From positions 13,763,375 through 13,827,374 of the forward strand of contig OZ316897.1 in the NCBI GenBank assembly GCA_973895155.1: a DNA stretch of 64,000 nt, read 5' to 3'. The notes below the pieces were generated by a model. That model saw only the letters and a list, made by a program, of their open reading frames with translations. It was not told the DNA's origin and searched no databases. Within the stretch, counting starts at the first letter, position 1. Each line of letters starts with the position of its first letter. The translations under genes and the position numbers were made by a program. This DNA comes from Marsupella aquatica (lineage: Eukaryota > Plantae > Marchantiophyta). Positions 1 to 12,740 of this stretch are shown here, piece by piece.

Positions 1-2556
1 ATGGCCAACACAAACAGCGCAAACCCCATTGCCGAATGCTTGGTCGAGCTACACCTAAACTCGGCCATTGTTAAGTGCTTTGCCCAATCCTTTTGATTGG
101 CCGTGACAAAATGATGCAAGTAGTCCTCCACGATACCATTCACCCATTCTGTTTGGCCATTTGTCTCATGATGATACGCTGATCCCCTGGTAAGGTTTGT
201 GTCGGATACCGGAACCACGCCTTCCAGACATGGCCCGTGAACTTGTTGTCGCGATCGGATAGGATACGCAACGGCAACCCCCATTGTCGGAAGACATTGT
301 CAAACACTAGACTGACAACCTCTCAGGCCGAAACCATTTTTGTAGTTGGCAAGAAATATGTCATCTTGGAAAAAGATCCATGATTGTTAAGATGGAGTTA
401 CTGCCGTGAGACTCAGGTAACCTCAGAATGAAGTCCATGGAGATGGACTCCCATGGAGCCGCGATTACTGGTAAGGGTTAGAAGTCCTCCTTTTGCCCTA
501 TAGACCGTTTGGTTCTTTTGGTATGAGTAACAACTTTGCACATGACGAAGAACCGATTGCTTCATGTCCGGCCAATACCCCGGCCAATACACATCTCGCA
601 ACATGCTGCGATACATAGCAGCTTGTCCGCCATGCCCTCCCCAAGGAGAGTCGTGGTACTTTTTGACCTCCCAAGGTTGTGGCATCACCCGCATCGCCCT
701 GGTTTTGCTTGGTCAAATTATCCACAATGACGTCCGACTCGACATTATCCTCTGGTTCCGCATCCAACCCTCTTAAGGCTGGGATCAGTCCCTCTTCTGG
801 GTCTTGACCCTCTTCCTCCGATTCCATCTTTGAACCGTTGTCGCTTATATCCAAGTCGGTGCTATCCTCGCTTGACTCGTTCTTTGGAGGATTGGCCACC
901 TCCTTCCCTTTAAGCTAACAACACTCCGCACTTGACGTGTTTGCTGTGGCAGTCAACAGTTCAGCCACCATATCCTCCCCGTCCCGCTTGTAGCATTCAT
1001 CCAGGGAAGTCAATCCGTCCTCCTTATGTTCTTTTTGAACCTATGCTCTTCCCTTAGCGTGAAGAGCCTTCTTGCCACTCTTTGATCGAGTGTTCTTCAC
1101 CATGTCTCCAGCGACTGAATCTGCCCATAGGCGACCCGCCGAGCACGTTGAAGAACTCAGTCCCCGCAAAAATCCATTAAGATTTTTGGATTCCGACCTA
1201 GCACAACTCTGGCCTGGTGTCTATGCCGGCAATTGCTTTGATACCACAAGTGGTGGACCTTGCCACCTAGCACCCTCACCAATCCTAGCACCCACGCCTA
1301 AGTGCCCCTAGTGCCCAAATACCTCCACGAAATACCTCGAGCAAGCAACCTAGTGCCCCTTGCACCGCCTCCGGCCCTTCCCATACGAAGCCGCACTTGC
1401 TCTCCTCACGTCTGCACAAGCAACCAAGCGCCTCCGTAAATAAGTAACCCCCTCAAGATCTAGATCTCCCAAGTATAGCATCCTAACTCAAGCTCAACAG
1501 ACATTGGTAAGTAGGTCAATGATAAATCCTCCCGATGCCATAAGCCGGAACAAGAACCGACACCCATTGTTCATCTAGAACAACCCCTTCGTTGGGTGCA
1601 GCCCGGGTTCCCCCTCGTATCTATCCGTCACCAACTGACTGCCCTGCCCCCAGGACATGCTCATGGCCCATATAGCATAACTTGTACTAAAGCTTGTCCC
1701 AACACGTCGGGACCAGAATGGCCCCGACTCTAGCAACCAACTCTCGATTCTTGCCCCATTGATGGACTAGGGGCCAAGTGCCCTTGGAAATCAACCTCCA
1801 CGCCTACTTGGTCTTGCCTCCCCAACGCAAGCTCCCTTGGGAGATTGAATACGGTTTGGCTACTATTTTGATAGGATTTGACAAGCAGGCGAGATAGCCC
1901 CCGCAACCCCGCAAACCTATGACACCCCTAGACCCAGTTGAGCTCAAGAGGACGTAGCCCTCCTTGAGAGATTTCCAACACACCCAAGAAATCCTCCAAC
2001 GGACTTCCCGTTGTGAAGTTATCGTCATTTCCATTTAACATTTTTTCTTAGTGTCGCGACTGCCGCGGCTCACGACTTTGGCTGGCCCTTAGCCCCAGGG
2101 AAACACCACTCCCCTCATATATGCTTTTGGAGACCGGTAACCCCCGGATCAACTTTGGTCCCCAAATTTTGGCCCCCCAGCTAGACCTCGATCAACCCGC
2201 ATGTCTGGGCGTGCCACCAACTGGCAATGCCCATAATTTTCTAATTAGGTGTCCGCAAGCAGAGTGCCTTAGTCCGTTGTGATCGGGCCGACCTAGTGCT
2301 CATGCCTAGGCACTCAGATCCCATTATCGCCCGGGGCCCCCGATCGGCCAAACCTGGATCGGGCCATAACTTGTGCCCCAAGCGTCCGTTGCCCATGGAA
2401 TCAACTCCATTGGCCTTGGGCCCAAGAGGAAGTCTCACTCAAGCCCTCAAAACTCAAAGTCAGTCCGGGGGTCCGGATGGTCGACCTTGAACCCGGCCCT
2501 TTCCCCCTTGACCCGACCAGTCCTCGGCTAGTCTAAGTCCTTAGTGTATGTCACCA
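1..2556 (-). mobile_element. Degenerate, internally deleted Ty3/gypsy (chromovirus-like) LTR retrotransposon, running off the window start
   Basis: Minus strand 1-700 encodes a frameshifted integrase (YHDSPWGGHGG..YWPDMKQSV..HVQSC; PWESISMDFI; LSDRDNKF; YHHETNGQTE). tRNA-iMet PBS TGGTATCAAAGC at 1246-1235. gag-like start MVKNTRSK at 1103. Putative LTR about 1251-2556 (TGGTG...CACCA); its distal boundary is uncertain. Confidence 0.75.
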
Positions 2557-3319
2557 GCTTAACGCCTTGCCTTTGCCAGTGCCATGCCCCATTGTCCTCA
2601 AGTCTCCCCATGCTAAGTTCTCCCCGGATGGCCTATCCGGGCATGGACCATAAGGGAGCTCAACATCGGAGTCAACGACGCCGGAGCTAAGTGTTAAGGT
2701 AGTCGAGTTCCGTGATTGTACTTGTGTAGCATAGAGACAACATCTTGAAAATCAAACAAAACCAACTCACGAAACTTAAGTACTATCAATTTAAAATGCA
2801 CACCGTCATTGTTAATTATCAACCTCCAAAATGTGACTATGTGCAGGGCCATACATCAGGTGCACGGTTTGGGTTATTTTTGACCACCCTTAATCTCTCT
2901 CAATATAGTTGTACGACACCAATCACATGATGACATGTAACTCTACATTCCCGCATGCATTTTGCTTTTAAAATCCTTATGTTTTCACTAAGTATTTAAT
3001 GAATCTTTCTCAAAATGATTTAAATGACCTTATATTTTGTTGCATGTGATGTGCCCCAGCTTATCAACATTTGATCTCATTTGTTGGTCTGAAAAATCTG
3101 ATGACAATTCTTGTTTAGTGTGACGGTTGTGCACAGTTGTTTGCCATCCGCTCTCTTCTTTGTCAGCAAATGATGAATCCCATGCTCCGACCATGTTGGT
3201 TCCTGCTCCAGCTCTTTCAATTTATCTTGAATTTGCTCATTCAATTGAGATCGCAAGTTATGAGAGGTCATGTTCTTGAACTGTTCTAGATGCACATACA
3301 GTGCAGAGGTACGGGAAAT

Positions 3320-3665
3320 GTGCAGTTTACCTCACAACTCACATGGCTTTTCAGTTTGTGCCTTAGTAGGGCTTCAATTCTTTTGCGTTATGTACTCTTT
3401 GGCATTGTGGCTTTTGGGCTTGTCGCTCTTTAGGTTCTCCAAGTAAGTTTTTAACTGGCCTTTGTTTTACCCCTTTTATTGGGTTTCCCCTCTCCTAGTG
3501 TGCAGTTTACCTCAAAACTCTACCGGGCTTTTCAGTGTGTGGCTTAGTAGGGCTTTAATTCTTTTGCTGTGTGTACTCTCTGGCTCTGTGCTTGTCGGCT
3601 CTTCAGGTTTTCCAAGTAAGTTTTTTCCTGGCCTTTGTTTTACCCCATTTAGTGGGTTTCCCCCC
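3320..3665. repeat. Diverged direct repeat, 2 x ~175 bp
   Basis: GTGCAGTTTACCTCA...GGGTTTCCCC at about 3320 and about 3500. Confidence 0.8.
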
Positions 3666-3703
3666 TGGTTTTTTTTGGGGTTTTTTTTTGGGTTTTTTGG
3701 CTT

Positions 3704-4025
3704 GGGCCAGGTTCCATGGGCCAGGGGTAGGGAGTACGGTCACTCCCTCTGACATTAACTAGGGCTCAAATATATCGTATGCCAAGGTGTATACAGTATT
3801 TTAAAAGTATAAATTTTGACTCAGGAGCCAATGAGAATGCCCTGTACTGTTCTTATACAGGGGTAGGGGGTACCCCTGAAGTTTAAGAGGGAGTGTGAGG
3901 GAAAATCATACTCCTTGATATTGTATTTGTATACCCCTCAGTCCCTGGACAAGCTGCAATATTATTGGCTTAAAAATTCTGACAGCATCCATACTCCTTA
4001 TTCCCAGCCCCATGGAACCTAGCCC
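3704..4025. mobile_element. MITE, possibly PIF/Harbinger (Tourist-like)
   Basis: Terminal inverted repeats GGGCCAGGTTCCATGGG / CCCATGGAACCTAGCCC with further subterminal complementarity. Right flank is TTA; left flank CTT is imperfect. No ORF. Confidence 0.6.
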
Positions 4026-4483
4026 TTAGGATCCTGTCGTCCAGTAAGGTGTGTGGGGGAGGAGTAGCAGACTACCAGTACCGGTACCCCCATGGAACCA
4101 GTCGAGACCTTATAGTTGTGCCTCTACGCTCGCTATAAAGCTTCCCAAGGCTCGTCCAGAAAACCCGAACTACTATTAATCTTATCTGAGTGCCCTCTCT
4201 CGGGCTCGGGACGGAGCTCTCGTTTCCGCTGGCTAAGGCGCCGGCACGGCAGCGAGGCTCGACGTCCTGCCGGGACGGTCATGGCACGATGAAGACGGCC
4301 TGCGGAAGCTAGCCAGCTCTCCAGCTATGGAGAGCACTTCGGCTCTGTGCTGAAACGCGGGCCTCCCCAAATCAATACCAACACCGACACCCCAACCACA
4401 CCAACACCAATCATGATCTCCAATGTCTCTCCGCAGCGTTTGCGTTTGTCGCCAATGATGACCTCCAATGTACTACGCAGCGT

Positions 4484-5232
4484 GTGTGTTTTGTCACCCG
4501 TGTGGGTGGAGTTGCTACGGGTGTCTTGCTATTTCTGTCGTGTGGGCTGATTGATTTCCCGTAATGCTGATGAGGTTGAAGCCCTGATGTTGGACATGAG
4601 ATCCTCCGCATTTGTGTTCTTCAACCGACCGCGTGCGAGGAGTTGTTATGATTGTCTTCCTATGACGTCATATGGGCCGACTGATTTCCCGTGGTGCTGA
4701 TGTGTTTGAAGCCCTGAATGTTGGAGATGAGATCAGAGCCTCTGTGTTTGTCACCCCCGTGCAAGGTGTTGTTCTGGTTATCTTTCTATGTCGTATGGGC
4801 TGATTGATTCCCGTAGGCAGTTGAAGCCCTGATGTTGGAGATCAGACCCTTGCATGTTGTGGTTTGGGCAGGTTAGGGTTGTACAGCCTGATGTTCTGTT
4901 CACTGTTGGGGTTGGAGATGAGTCCCTTGCTTGTTGTGGTCTGTGCAGTTTAGGGTTCTACCGCTCATTGTTCTGTTCACCGATTACAGTTTGGATTTTC
5001 TTTAGAAAGAATCTTTGTGTAGAGAGAAATGATCCTTGTAGCACCGATTTGTTGTGTGTTTTTTTCTTTAGAATAAATCTCTCTTAGAGACAAATGATCC
5101 TTACAGCACCGATTAGGTGTGTGTTTTTCTTTAGAAAGAATACTTCTTCAGGGAGAAATGATCCTTGTAGCACCGATTAGGTGTGTGTGTTTTCTTTAGA
5201 AAGAATCCATCTTCAAAGATAAATTATCCTTG
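4484..5232. repeat. Two adjacent diverged tandem arrays (~125 bp x3-4, then ~60 bp x4)
   Basis: Recurring TTGAAGCCCTGATGTTGGA and TTCCCGT in 4484-4920; recurring TTAGAAAGAAT...AATGATCCTT in 4997-5232. Confidence 0.8.
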
Positions 5233-5483
5233 TTGCAGTGCGCTTCACGTACGGTCGCCTCTCTATGCATCTCAATCATCTTGATCTCTGGTCTGGTTCG
5301 AATTATCGATCTGTCCGTCGCAATTTGAGAGAACAGGAATATTACATCAACACCGTTCCATTAAGCCAACTCAATGCATCTTGACAGAGCTTTCAGTTGA
5401 TGTGTCAGTCCACCGGCATTGCACACTGTTTGGCCAATTCGGGAAGACTTTTCAAAGTTTGCTGGCTGTCGATCCGTCTCTAC

Positions 5484-5678
5484 AATGATTGGAATCGTCC
5501 TCCCAATGTAGTGCTTCATTGAATCGATGTAATCGGTTCTTTTTTGAGAACAAATGAATTCAGTTGGACTTGTTAGCATGAATGATTGGAATCGTCCTCC
5601 CAATGTAGTGCTTCATTGAATCGATGTAATCGGTTCTTTTTTGAGAACAAATGAATTCAGTTGGACTTGTTAGCATGA
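5484..5678. repeat. Perfect 97-bp tandem duplication
   Basis: AATGATTGGAATCG...GTTAGCATG at 5484 and 5581. Confidence 0.95.
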
Positions 5679-6201
5679 TCCCAACTTGCACGGCTACATC
5701 ACAGACTGACCTAATTCCCGAAGACTTAAATCGGAATCAGAAATTTCATTCCATCACTATACTTATGTGCTGTGGATACGCATCCATCTTAGTATTAAGG
5801 GTCTCACTCCCGCTGTCATGAGCACACTAAAGGGTATGTAGTTTCCAACTGCGAACCTCCAGAAGAGTCGTGATAAGTTGCCAGAATAGGACCACTTCTC
5901 GACGCTCTGGATCCTTACACCCATCCAGGATGAATAATAGAAGATTTGCATTCACTGAAGGTGGTCAGAAGTTTGCACCCATACAGGATGAATAAAAGAC
6001 AATTGGTTTCAGAGGAAGTGTTTGGAAAGTTGCGGTATAATTGACTTCAGAGGCAGTGTTTCGAAGGTTGCAGTATCCAGAAGAGCAAACCAGTTCCTTC
6101 CATCAGAGTTGTCGAGGAGAGCAAACTGCTTCCATCAACGTTGTCCAAGAGAGCAAACCACTTCCATCACCTCCTGTCTAACACAGACGAGACGAGCCAT
6201 G

Positions 6202-6470
6202 AACCTTGAAGCCTCAATCATCACAATCTACTAGAAATGTTATACGAGTGCAGCATTAACCTTGAAGCCTCAATCATCACACTCGACTAGAATGTTAGAC
6301 GAGTGGAGCATTAACCTTGAAGCCTCAATCATCACACTCGACTAGAAATGTTGGACGAGTGGAGCATTAACCTTGAAGCCTCAATCATCACAATCTACTA
6401 GAAAATCTACTAGAAATGTTACGCAACTGAAAGCATTAACCGTGAAGCCTCAATTATCACAATCTACTAG
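6202..6470. repeat. ~56-bp minisatellite x5
   Basis: Unit AACCTTGAAGCCTCAATCATCACA...CTAG...GCATT. Confidence 0.9.
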
Positions 6471-7534
6471 ACAGAGGCTACTAGACAGAGGCCGTTAACT
6501 GGCCGATGTCAATAAAGTGTCTCGTATGAACGCGAGAGAACGTGATCTACAGAGAATCGGGCCCCACTTTGGTCAGAGAAGCAGAAGAGCATGGGTCCAT
6601 CTGCAGCACACTAAACGACATGCGGTTTCCAAAAGCGAGCCTCAAGAAGACTCGTGAAAAGATGCCAGAACAGGACCATTCTCAATGCCCAGGTTCCAGA
6701 AGCAGACGAGCTGGGGATCCGTCCGTGACCAATCGAGCGAATACGAATTAAACAGCACCCCGTCAAGAGAATTCTGGATGTCGGGATCATGAAGCAAAAG
6801 TTTTGGGGCAAACGGTTGGTCTGATGGGTCTCTCCACCTAACAAATTTGTAACAAACTCCCCTGATCGATCATGTACAGGTAGCCTCAGGCAGTGAATCA
6901 AGAATCTTTTGAAATTCGGCCCCAATCACCTAAAAGTTGCTGTTCCGGACCCCGTCGAACAAATCTCTGATCCTCCTCACGTGAAATTGTTGCAAGAAAT
7001 TTCTCTGATTGGTGATGGGACTGTCCAGCATTAGGCATTGTATCCTGGTCGGTCAGACGGACAGACGGACGCAGAGCAGTGCATCCAGAACTAAACTTGC
7101 AGCGTATAGCGAGACAGGCAAGAGACAAATTTGAGTCGAAAAGATTCCAGCGAGATATGTGGAACGGAACCGTTACTTTGCCTTTCTAGCAATAGCACCG
7201 ACACTAGCTTGGTTGCTGACAGACAATATCTGATTCTGTTGAGACAAGTTTCGTAAATTTCGCAGCAGCGTGGGCAGCTGAGAACGAACTCGACCAGAAG
7301 CACGATCGGAGTTATGCACGTTGAACGGGAGTTACTCTCGAAGTAATAATTGAGCAGATTGACCCAATTGAGTCCCGTTCGACACTGTTTTGTTGGTCAA
7401 GACTTATCCGTCTGGAATGTTCACCTGATTGTTTTTTGCCTTGAAAACCCAATGTTCACCTGATTGTTCTTTGCCTTGAAAACGCAATGTTCACCTGATT
7501 ATTTTTTGGCTTGAAAACCCAAAACCCAAAACCC

Positions 7535-8010
7535 AAAGCAGCCCATCCAACAGAGGATGGACCTATTTTATGTAGGTTAACCACAAGGGGATAATACCCA
7601 TGGATACCAAAGGGATGCTAGTCTATGTAGGTTAGCCGCAAGGGAACAATACCCCTGGATACTAAAGGGATGCTATTCTATGTAGGTGCCACAAGGGGAC
7701 AATACCCATGGATAAGGCTATTCTATGACTGTAGGTTAGCCATAAGGGGACCATACCCATGGATAGGACAGGCACCAGACCAGGAGGGAGACACTCTTAC
7801 ATCAGGGCCTATTCTATGTAGGGTAGCCACAAGGGGACAACACCCATCGATCCCACAAAGACCAGACCAGACCAGGAGGAAGACAGAGTTAACCCAGGGG
7901 CTGAGCCCCACATACACATATACCCTCCACACCCTTTGCGTGTGGAGGGGGAATTGAACCTGGGACCTCTCGGTTCTAGGCTCAGCCCCTGGCCAACTGA
8001 CCAAAGCCAG
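7535..8010 (-). mobile_element. tRNA-derived SINE-like element with a tandemly repeated body
   Basis: Minus-strand head GGCTTTGGTCAGTTGG (A-box) ... GAGGTCCCAGGTTCAATTCC (B-box). Body repeats the motif ATGTAGGTTAGCCACAAGGGGACAATACCCATGGATA. It interrupts a ~34-bp TGTTCACCTGATT tandem array (7417-7520, resuming at 8012). Confidence 0.65.
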
Positions 8011-8192
8011 TTGTTCACCTGATTATTGATTTTGGTGAAACCCAAAAATTTGGATGACAGATTGATTGATACCGACCGTTTTGAAACAATAGACTGATCG
8101 ATCGCTTTAACTTTGCTTTCTAAGATTGCCCACTTCATACGTTTGGAATGCCAGTTCTGCTTACTTAGCAAAGATTTTGTTCAAAAGAACTA

Positions 8193-8400
8193 ATTGGCTT
8201 TGGTTAGTTGGCCAGTGGATGAGCCTAGAACCGAGAGGTCCTAGGTCAATCCCTCTCTGGACATGCAAAAGTGGAGAGTGTGTCTGGGGGTGGGGTGGTT
8301 GGAATCCTGGTTTCTTCTCAGCCCCTAACTAGTCCATTTTGGGGCCTGGTTCAGCCTTCTCTCCCTCCTGGCCTGGGTCCCTCCTAGGGCGTCTCAATCT
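8193..8400 (+). mobile_element. Second, more diverged copy of the tRNA-derived SINE head
   Basis: TGGCTTTGGTTAGTTGGCCAG..GAGCCTAGAACCGAGAGGTCCTAGGTCAATCCC matches the minus-strand copy at 8010-7920. Confidence 0.6.
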
Positions 8401-9950
8401 TCTCCTTTCTGCCTCCAGTCGCCGTCAGCAACAACTTCCCGATAAAAAAGTGGCAGACACAAAAATACTCAAATTGTTCAATGGGCTTTTAGTCCAATGC
8501 CATTGAGCTGCACAATATTGCAGTATACTAAAGTATCTAGAAAATTATGACCAAAAACCTCCACCTGCTTGGCTTTGGGAAGTTGAGACCTAGATGGTCA
8601 GGCCCTCAACCACGCGTGCAATCCCCTTGGACAGTGATACCCTCAGTTTACACTTTCACTCATTAACACTCTTTCCTTTTCTGAAAATGACTTAACAACA
8701 AATTAACTTATATCCACATTATATCCAACTGGGTGTTATTGGGCTTGTTAGAAGCAGTTTGGAAACCTATTTCCAATAATAGGGTAATTTAAATGGATTT
8801 GACGGAAGACTTATTGAATTATCAATGGAAATATAGGGTGGTTTAATTCACTCCAAAATGCATGTGACATGATTGGTGTCGTACAACATTATAATAAGTG
8901 ACTTATACAACATTATATGCAGCGACTTAGGGGGATCATAAATGACCCAGACCTTTGCAAGTGATGTATGGTCCTCCAAATAGTGTCACCCCTGAACTGC
9001 AAAGCAAATCAAAGAGGAGCATTGTCCTGCGTACTCGCCAGCATAGAGCCTAGAGGAGGGCTTGCATGAGGTGCTTGTCAACAATTTTGGTTGTACTTTG
9101 CAGTGAAGTTATGTAGCACACTGCTTTAGGAAGATGTGTGAACACCCTGGGCATGTTTCAGCCGCAAGACATTTGAAAATAAGAAAAATCAAAGTTAGGC
9201 TTCAAGCACTCTAAAGCCCTTTAACTAGGGCAATGTCCCCTGAAAAGCACCTCAAAGTCCCGCTTGGAATGCCAGGATAGTGAGCGGGATAGTGAGTTAG
9301 ATCTTGAATTCCCTGAGTTAAGAGGTACAATGAAATTTGACACTGTCAGTCAAACTGAAGCTTTTAAAAAGGAATTCAAGATTTGCCTTATAATAGGGGA
9401 GTTGTGTCTCTGGGTTTTTCCACCCACTCTACTGAATCAAGATTCTAAAGTTTTGAGTACCTAAGTAATCAAAATCCAAAAAATGAATGATCCTTGCTGG
9501 CAAAAAAACACGGGGATGCTGATTTTAATGAGAATCCCCAGTATCCCCCTTCCATTGCGGTCAAGAAATTGATGCTTAAATGGACCACAATGTGTAACTA
9601 TGTATCTCAGATGGACCTAACAGCTTTTGGAACCCAGAAATGTATGTAATAATTTATTACTGAGTTCAAAAGCAATGTTTGAAAATGGTCCATGGATGTT
9701 ATGTGGTCCATCATCCTACTTATTTGTCAACTGTTGTGGCTTTTGGGGGTTCGTTTTTGTTCCTTCAACGATTCTAGCCAAGAAAAAAATATCCCTAGGA
9801 TTGAATTTGTTGCTCCACTCACCACCAACGGCTGTAATTGGTGAGCTTGGGGTCCCTTGAGTGGTTCCTGTCAGTTCATCGCACCACTGATGTGTGTTTT
9901 GGCTCTTTGCGTCTCTTTTTCTTTGTCACGACTGTGGTTGGGATTCATTG

Positions 9951-10136
9951 GCAGTATTGTTGTCTTCTCCAAACAAAAACTAAGGAAGTTGTTCTACTGG
10001 CCACAATTATGATTCATCCTTTTCCTTGACACAGGGAATCTTGCAGTATTGTTGTCTTCTCCAAACAAAAACTAAGGAAGTTGTTCTACTGGCCACAATT
10101 ATGATTCATCCTTTTCCTTGACACAGGGAATCTTGC
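9951..10136. repeat. Perfect 92-bp tandem duplication
   Basis: GCAGTATTGTTGTC...GGGAATCTT at 9951 and 10043. Confidence 0.95.
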
Positions 10137-11495
10137 CATAAAGGTTTTTCCACAATTATGCCTTCCAAACAGCAAAAAACATTCAATCAGAGAGACCCCC
10201 AGCCAGGAATACATAAAAGTATTGATGAGTGAGTACGTACCTATAAAAGTTCTCATAAAAGTTCCAAAGAGCAGGAAAACGTATTGATGAGAGAGTTCCA
10301 GAAAAATCAATCAGTGAGAGAGTAAATACTATGTGAAGCTCTCATTAAATTTCCGAACAGCAAGAAAAATATATCAGTGAGAGATTATAAGTACTATGTA
10401 AAGTTCTCATTAAACTTCCAAACAAATCAATCGGTGAGAGAGTTAGGTACTATATATATATATATAAAAATCGATGTACTTTGGTCAGAGACTGAGCAGA
10501 GTCTCCATTCCACCGTCCTTTTCGGGAAGCAGTCAATGACAGGACAAATGACAATGTCTGACAGTGTGGGAGCGGGTGTTACTCGGGGAAGGGCCTGTCA
10601 TCTTACCTTCCGCAGGAGTGTGATTGGATGGTGGTCCAAGTCGTAGGTGTTTAGTTGTAAGACCATAGTTTCATTGACTGTTTTGCTAAGATGATCTGTA
10701 ATCAAAACGGAATCGGTTGTAATCAAACTGAACTGAGAGACTATAAGCTTTGGTATTTGAGATGTTTATTTGTAGCACATGGGAGAGTGCAGAGTAAGAA
10801 GGCACAGTCTGGCTTTGTTTTGTTTTTTTCGTTTTCTCTCTCTAGTTTGTACCAAATTCACACAACCCCTGGCTTTCTGGTTGAGTGATTGATTATATAT
10901 TATTTTGTTGGAAAATCGACTGACAGTAGCTCATGATGCGGAGTGAGTAAAGTTCTACCTCAGAGATGTAAATTCATTGTTGAAAATTACACACAAGCTG
11001 TCACCTTACCGGTCCAGCATGTCACTCTAATATGTCCAAATGCAGAGAATATTTAAGCTCCAGTAGACTTTCTTAAATAGTGAAGGATTAGGGCTTCCTG
11101 CAATTTACTTCTAAGCATAGAATTAGGATGAGCAGTTGCACAATTTAGTCGCATGATCTGAAGTTGATACTAGGATAGCTCACACAACATTGGATTTTAG
11201 GACTCTGCTGGATTGAGTAAATTTTGACAACCACATAGGTGAGGATTTATACAAAAAGAAGTGCTTTCAGAACAGTCCAGGTGAGACATAATAATTTGTC
11301 ATGTATTGGAGCTTCAATTATCCATGAATGTTGGCTCGAGGGAAAATAGTTTCTATTAAGTATCATGCACTTATGACGCTTGTAGCATGGAACCTCTCTC
11401 GTCAACCAGCCAGATAGGGGGTGAACAATATCATAATTGACTCCAAGAAGGCCAAAGCCAAGATGCCACTCAAACTACCACTCTCCATGTAAATA

Positions 11496-11877
11496 CACTG
11501 TTAACCGTAATTAGTGTTATGCAAGAATTAGTGTTAGTACAAAATTAGTGTTACTAACACTAATTTTGGTAAAAATGATTTTGAGTCCAAGTAACACTAA
11601 TTTTTATCGGTTTTCAAAATGAATTTTTTTCAGTTTAGTTTAAATTGCTTGTAAAAAATGGATGATCTCTAGTCCAAAGTAACACTAATTGTTGTGGATT
11701 TTTTAAAATAGTTTTTTCCTTTTTATTTTGCCACTTTTAAGACCATAGTAACACTAATTCATGTGCGCGAATATAGTGTTAGCACAAAATTAGTGTGACT
11801 AACACTAATTCCCTAGTAGACCCTGAAAATGGGCGCTCTCGAATTAGTGTTAATCACACTAATTACGGTGAACAGTG
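11496..11877. mobile_element. Tc1/mariner-type MITE with TA target-site duplication
   Basis: TIRs CACTGTTAACCGTAATTAGTGT / ACACTAATTACGGTGAACAGTG flanked by TA on both sides. Many internal AATTAGTGTTA / TAACACTAATT motifs. Confidence 0.85.
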
Positions 11878-12740
11878 TAGTTAAAGCACCAAATCTTAGT
11901 TCACTTCCTACCTGCCCACTGCAACTTTTGGTAAGGCTCGCCAGGCCCAGCCAGAGTCCTTATTTATTTTCTACTGTCATATTTGTATTCGGAGACTTAT
12001 GAAGTTTTTTGGAAGGACACTATGAAGGTTTTAATCCAATTTTAAGAATTCTAAGAATAATAATAATTTTAAAACAATTCTAGTAATATTATTAGAATAT
12101 TGCATAAAGTTAGGGGTAGAAAAATAGCACAAAAATTTTTCTTCCTTATTTCTTAGGATATGTATTACCCAAAACTCTTACCCATGATATGGGACCCCCC
12201 TTGGAGTGAGGCCTCCCAAGTTCTTGAGCCATAGCCATGACTCAAGTCCAACTAATCTTGCAAATGTTTTTGGAATGCTTGTGCATATGTTTGTAAGAAG
12301 ATTGGAGGGCAAGCAGGACCTACCGTCTCACTCAGTCATTAATGATATATCAATGGGCTCTGCACATGATCATGTGTTCTAATCACTATTTGACATGAAT
12401 CAGATTGACCCATTTCAGCCGGCCTCTTGTCCATTTCATAATTCACTTCTCCAGCTCCCTGGGCCAACACTCCAAGTAAAATAAGTGAGCCCCCTACAAT
12501 TGTGACCCCATTCCTTTTACCCCTTGTTATTTTTTTTCTATAACAAGTTCAAATTGAATAAAACCAGCTTTTGAGTTTTTGCATGATTGTCCCCCACATA
12601 GTAGTTGAGAGTGCGGGCTCAAGGCTTGAGCTTTCCAAAAGAAGGATTTTCTGTTGACGACATTTGTGATCTCAATGGGCCATAGGCTACCAGACAAGGC
12701 AATTTGCCAACTAAGCAGACTGAGGGATAAAAATGGAAGA

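Noticed and set aside
6202-6470. CRISPR-like array (also considered for the other arrays)
   Set aside because: The units are wholly repeated with no unique spacers, the context is eukaryotic, and there are no cas genes.
10520-10750. TAS3-like or miRNA locus after a (TA)n tract (contains TTGTAAGACC and ATGACAGG/CCTGTCAT)
   Set aside because: There are no recognisable miR390 sites, only a 10-nt tasiARF-like match, and the hairpin is poor.
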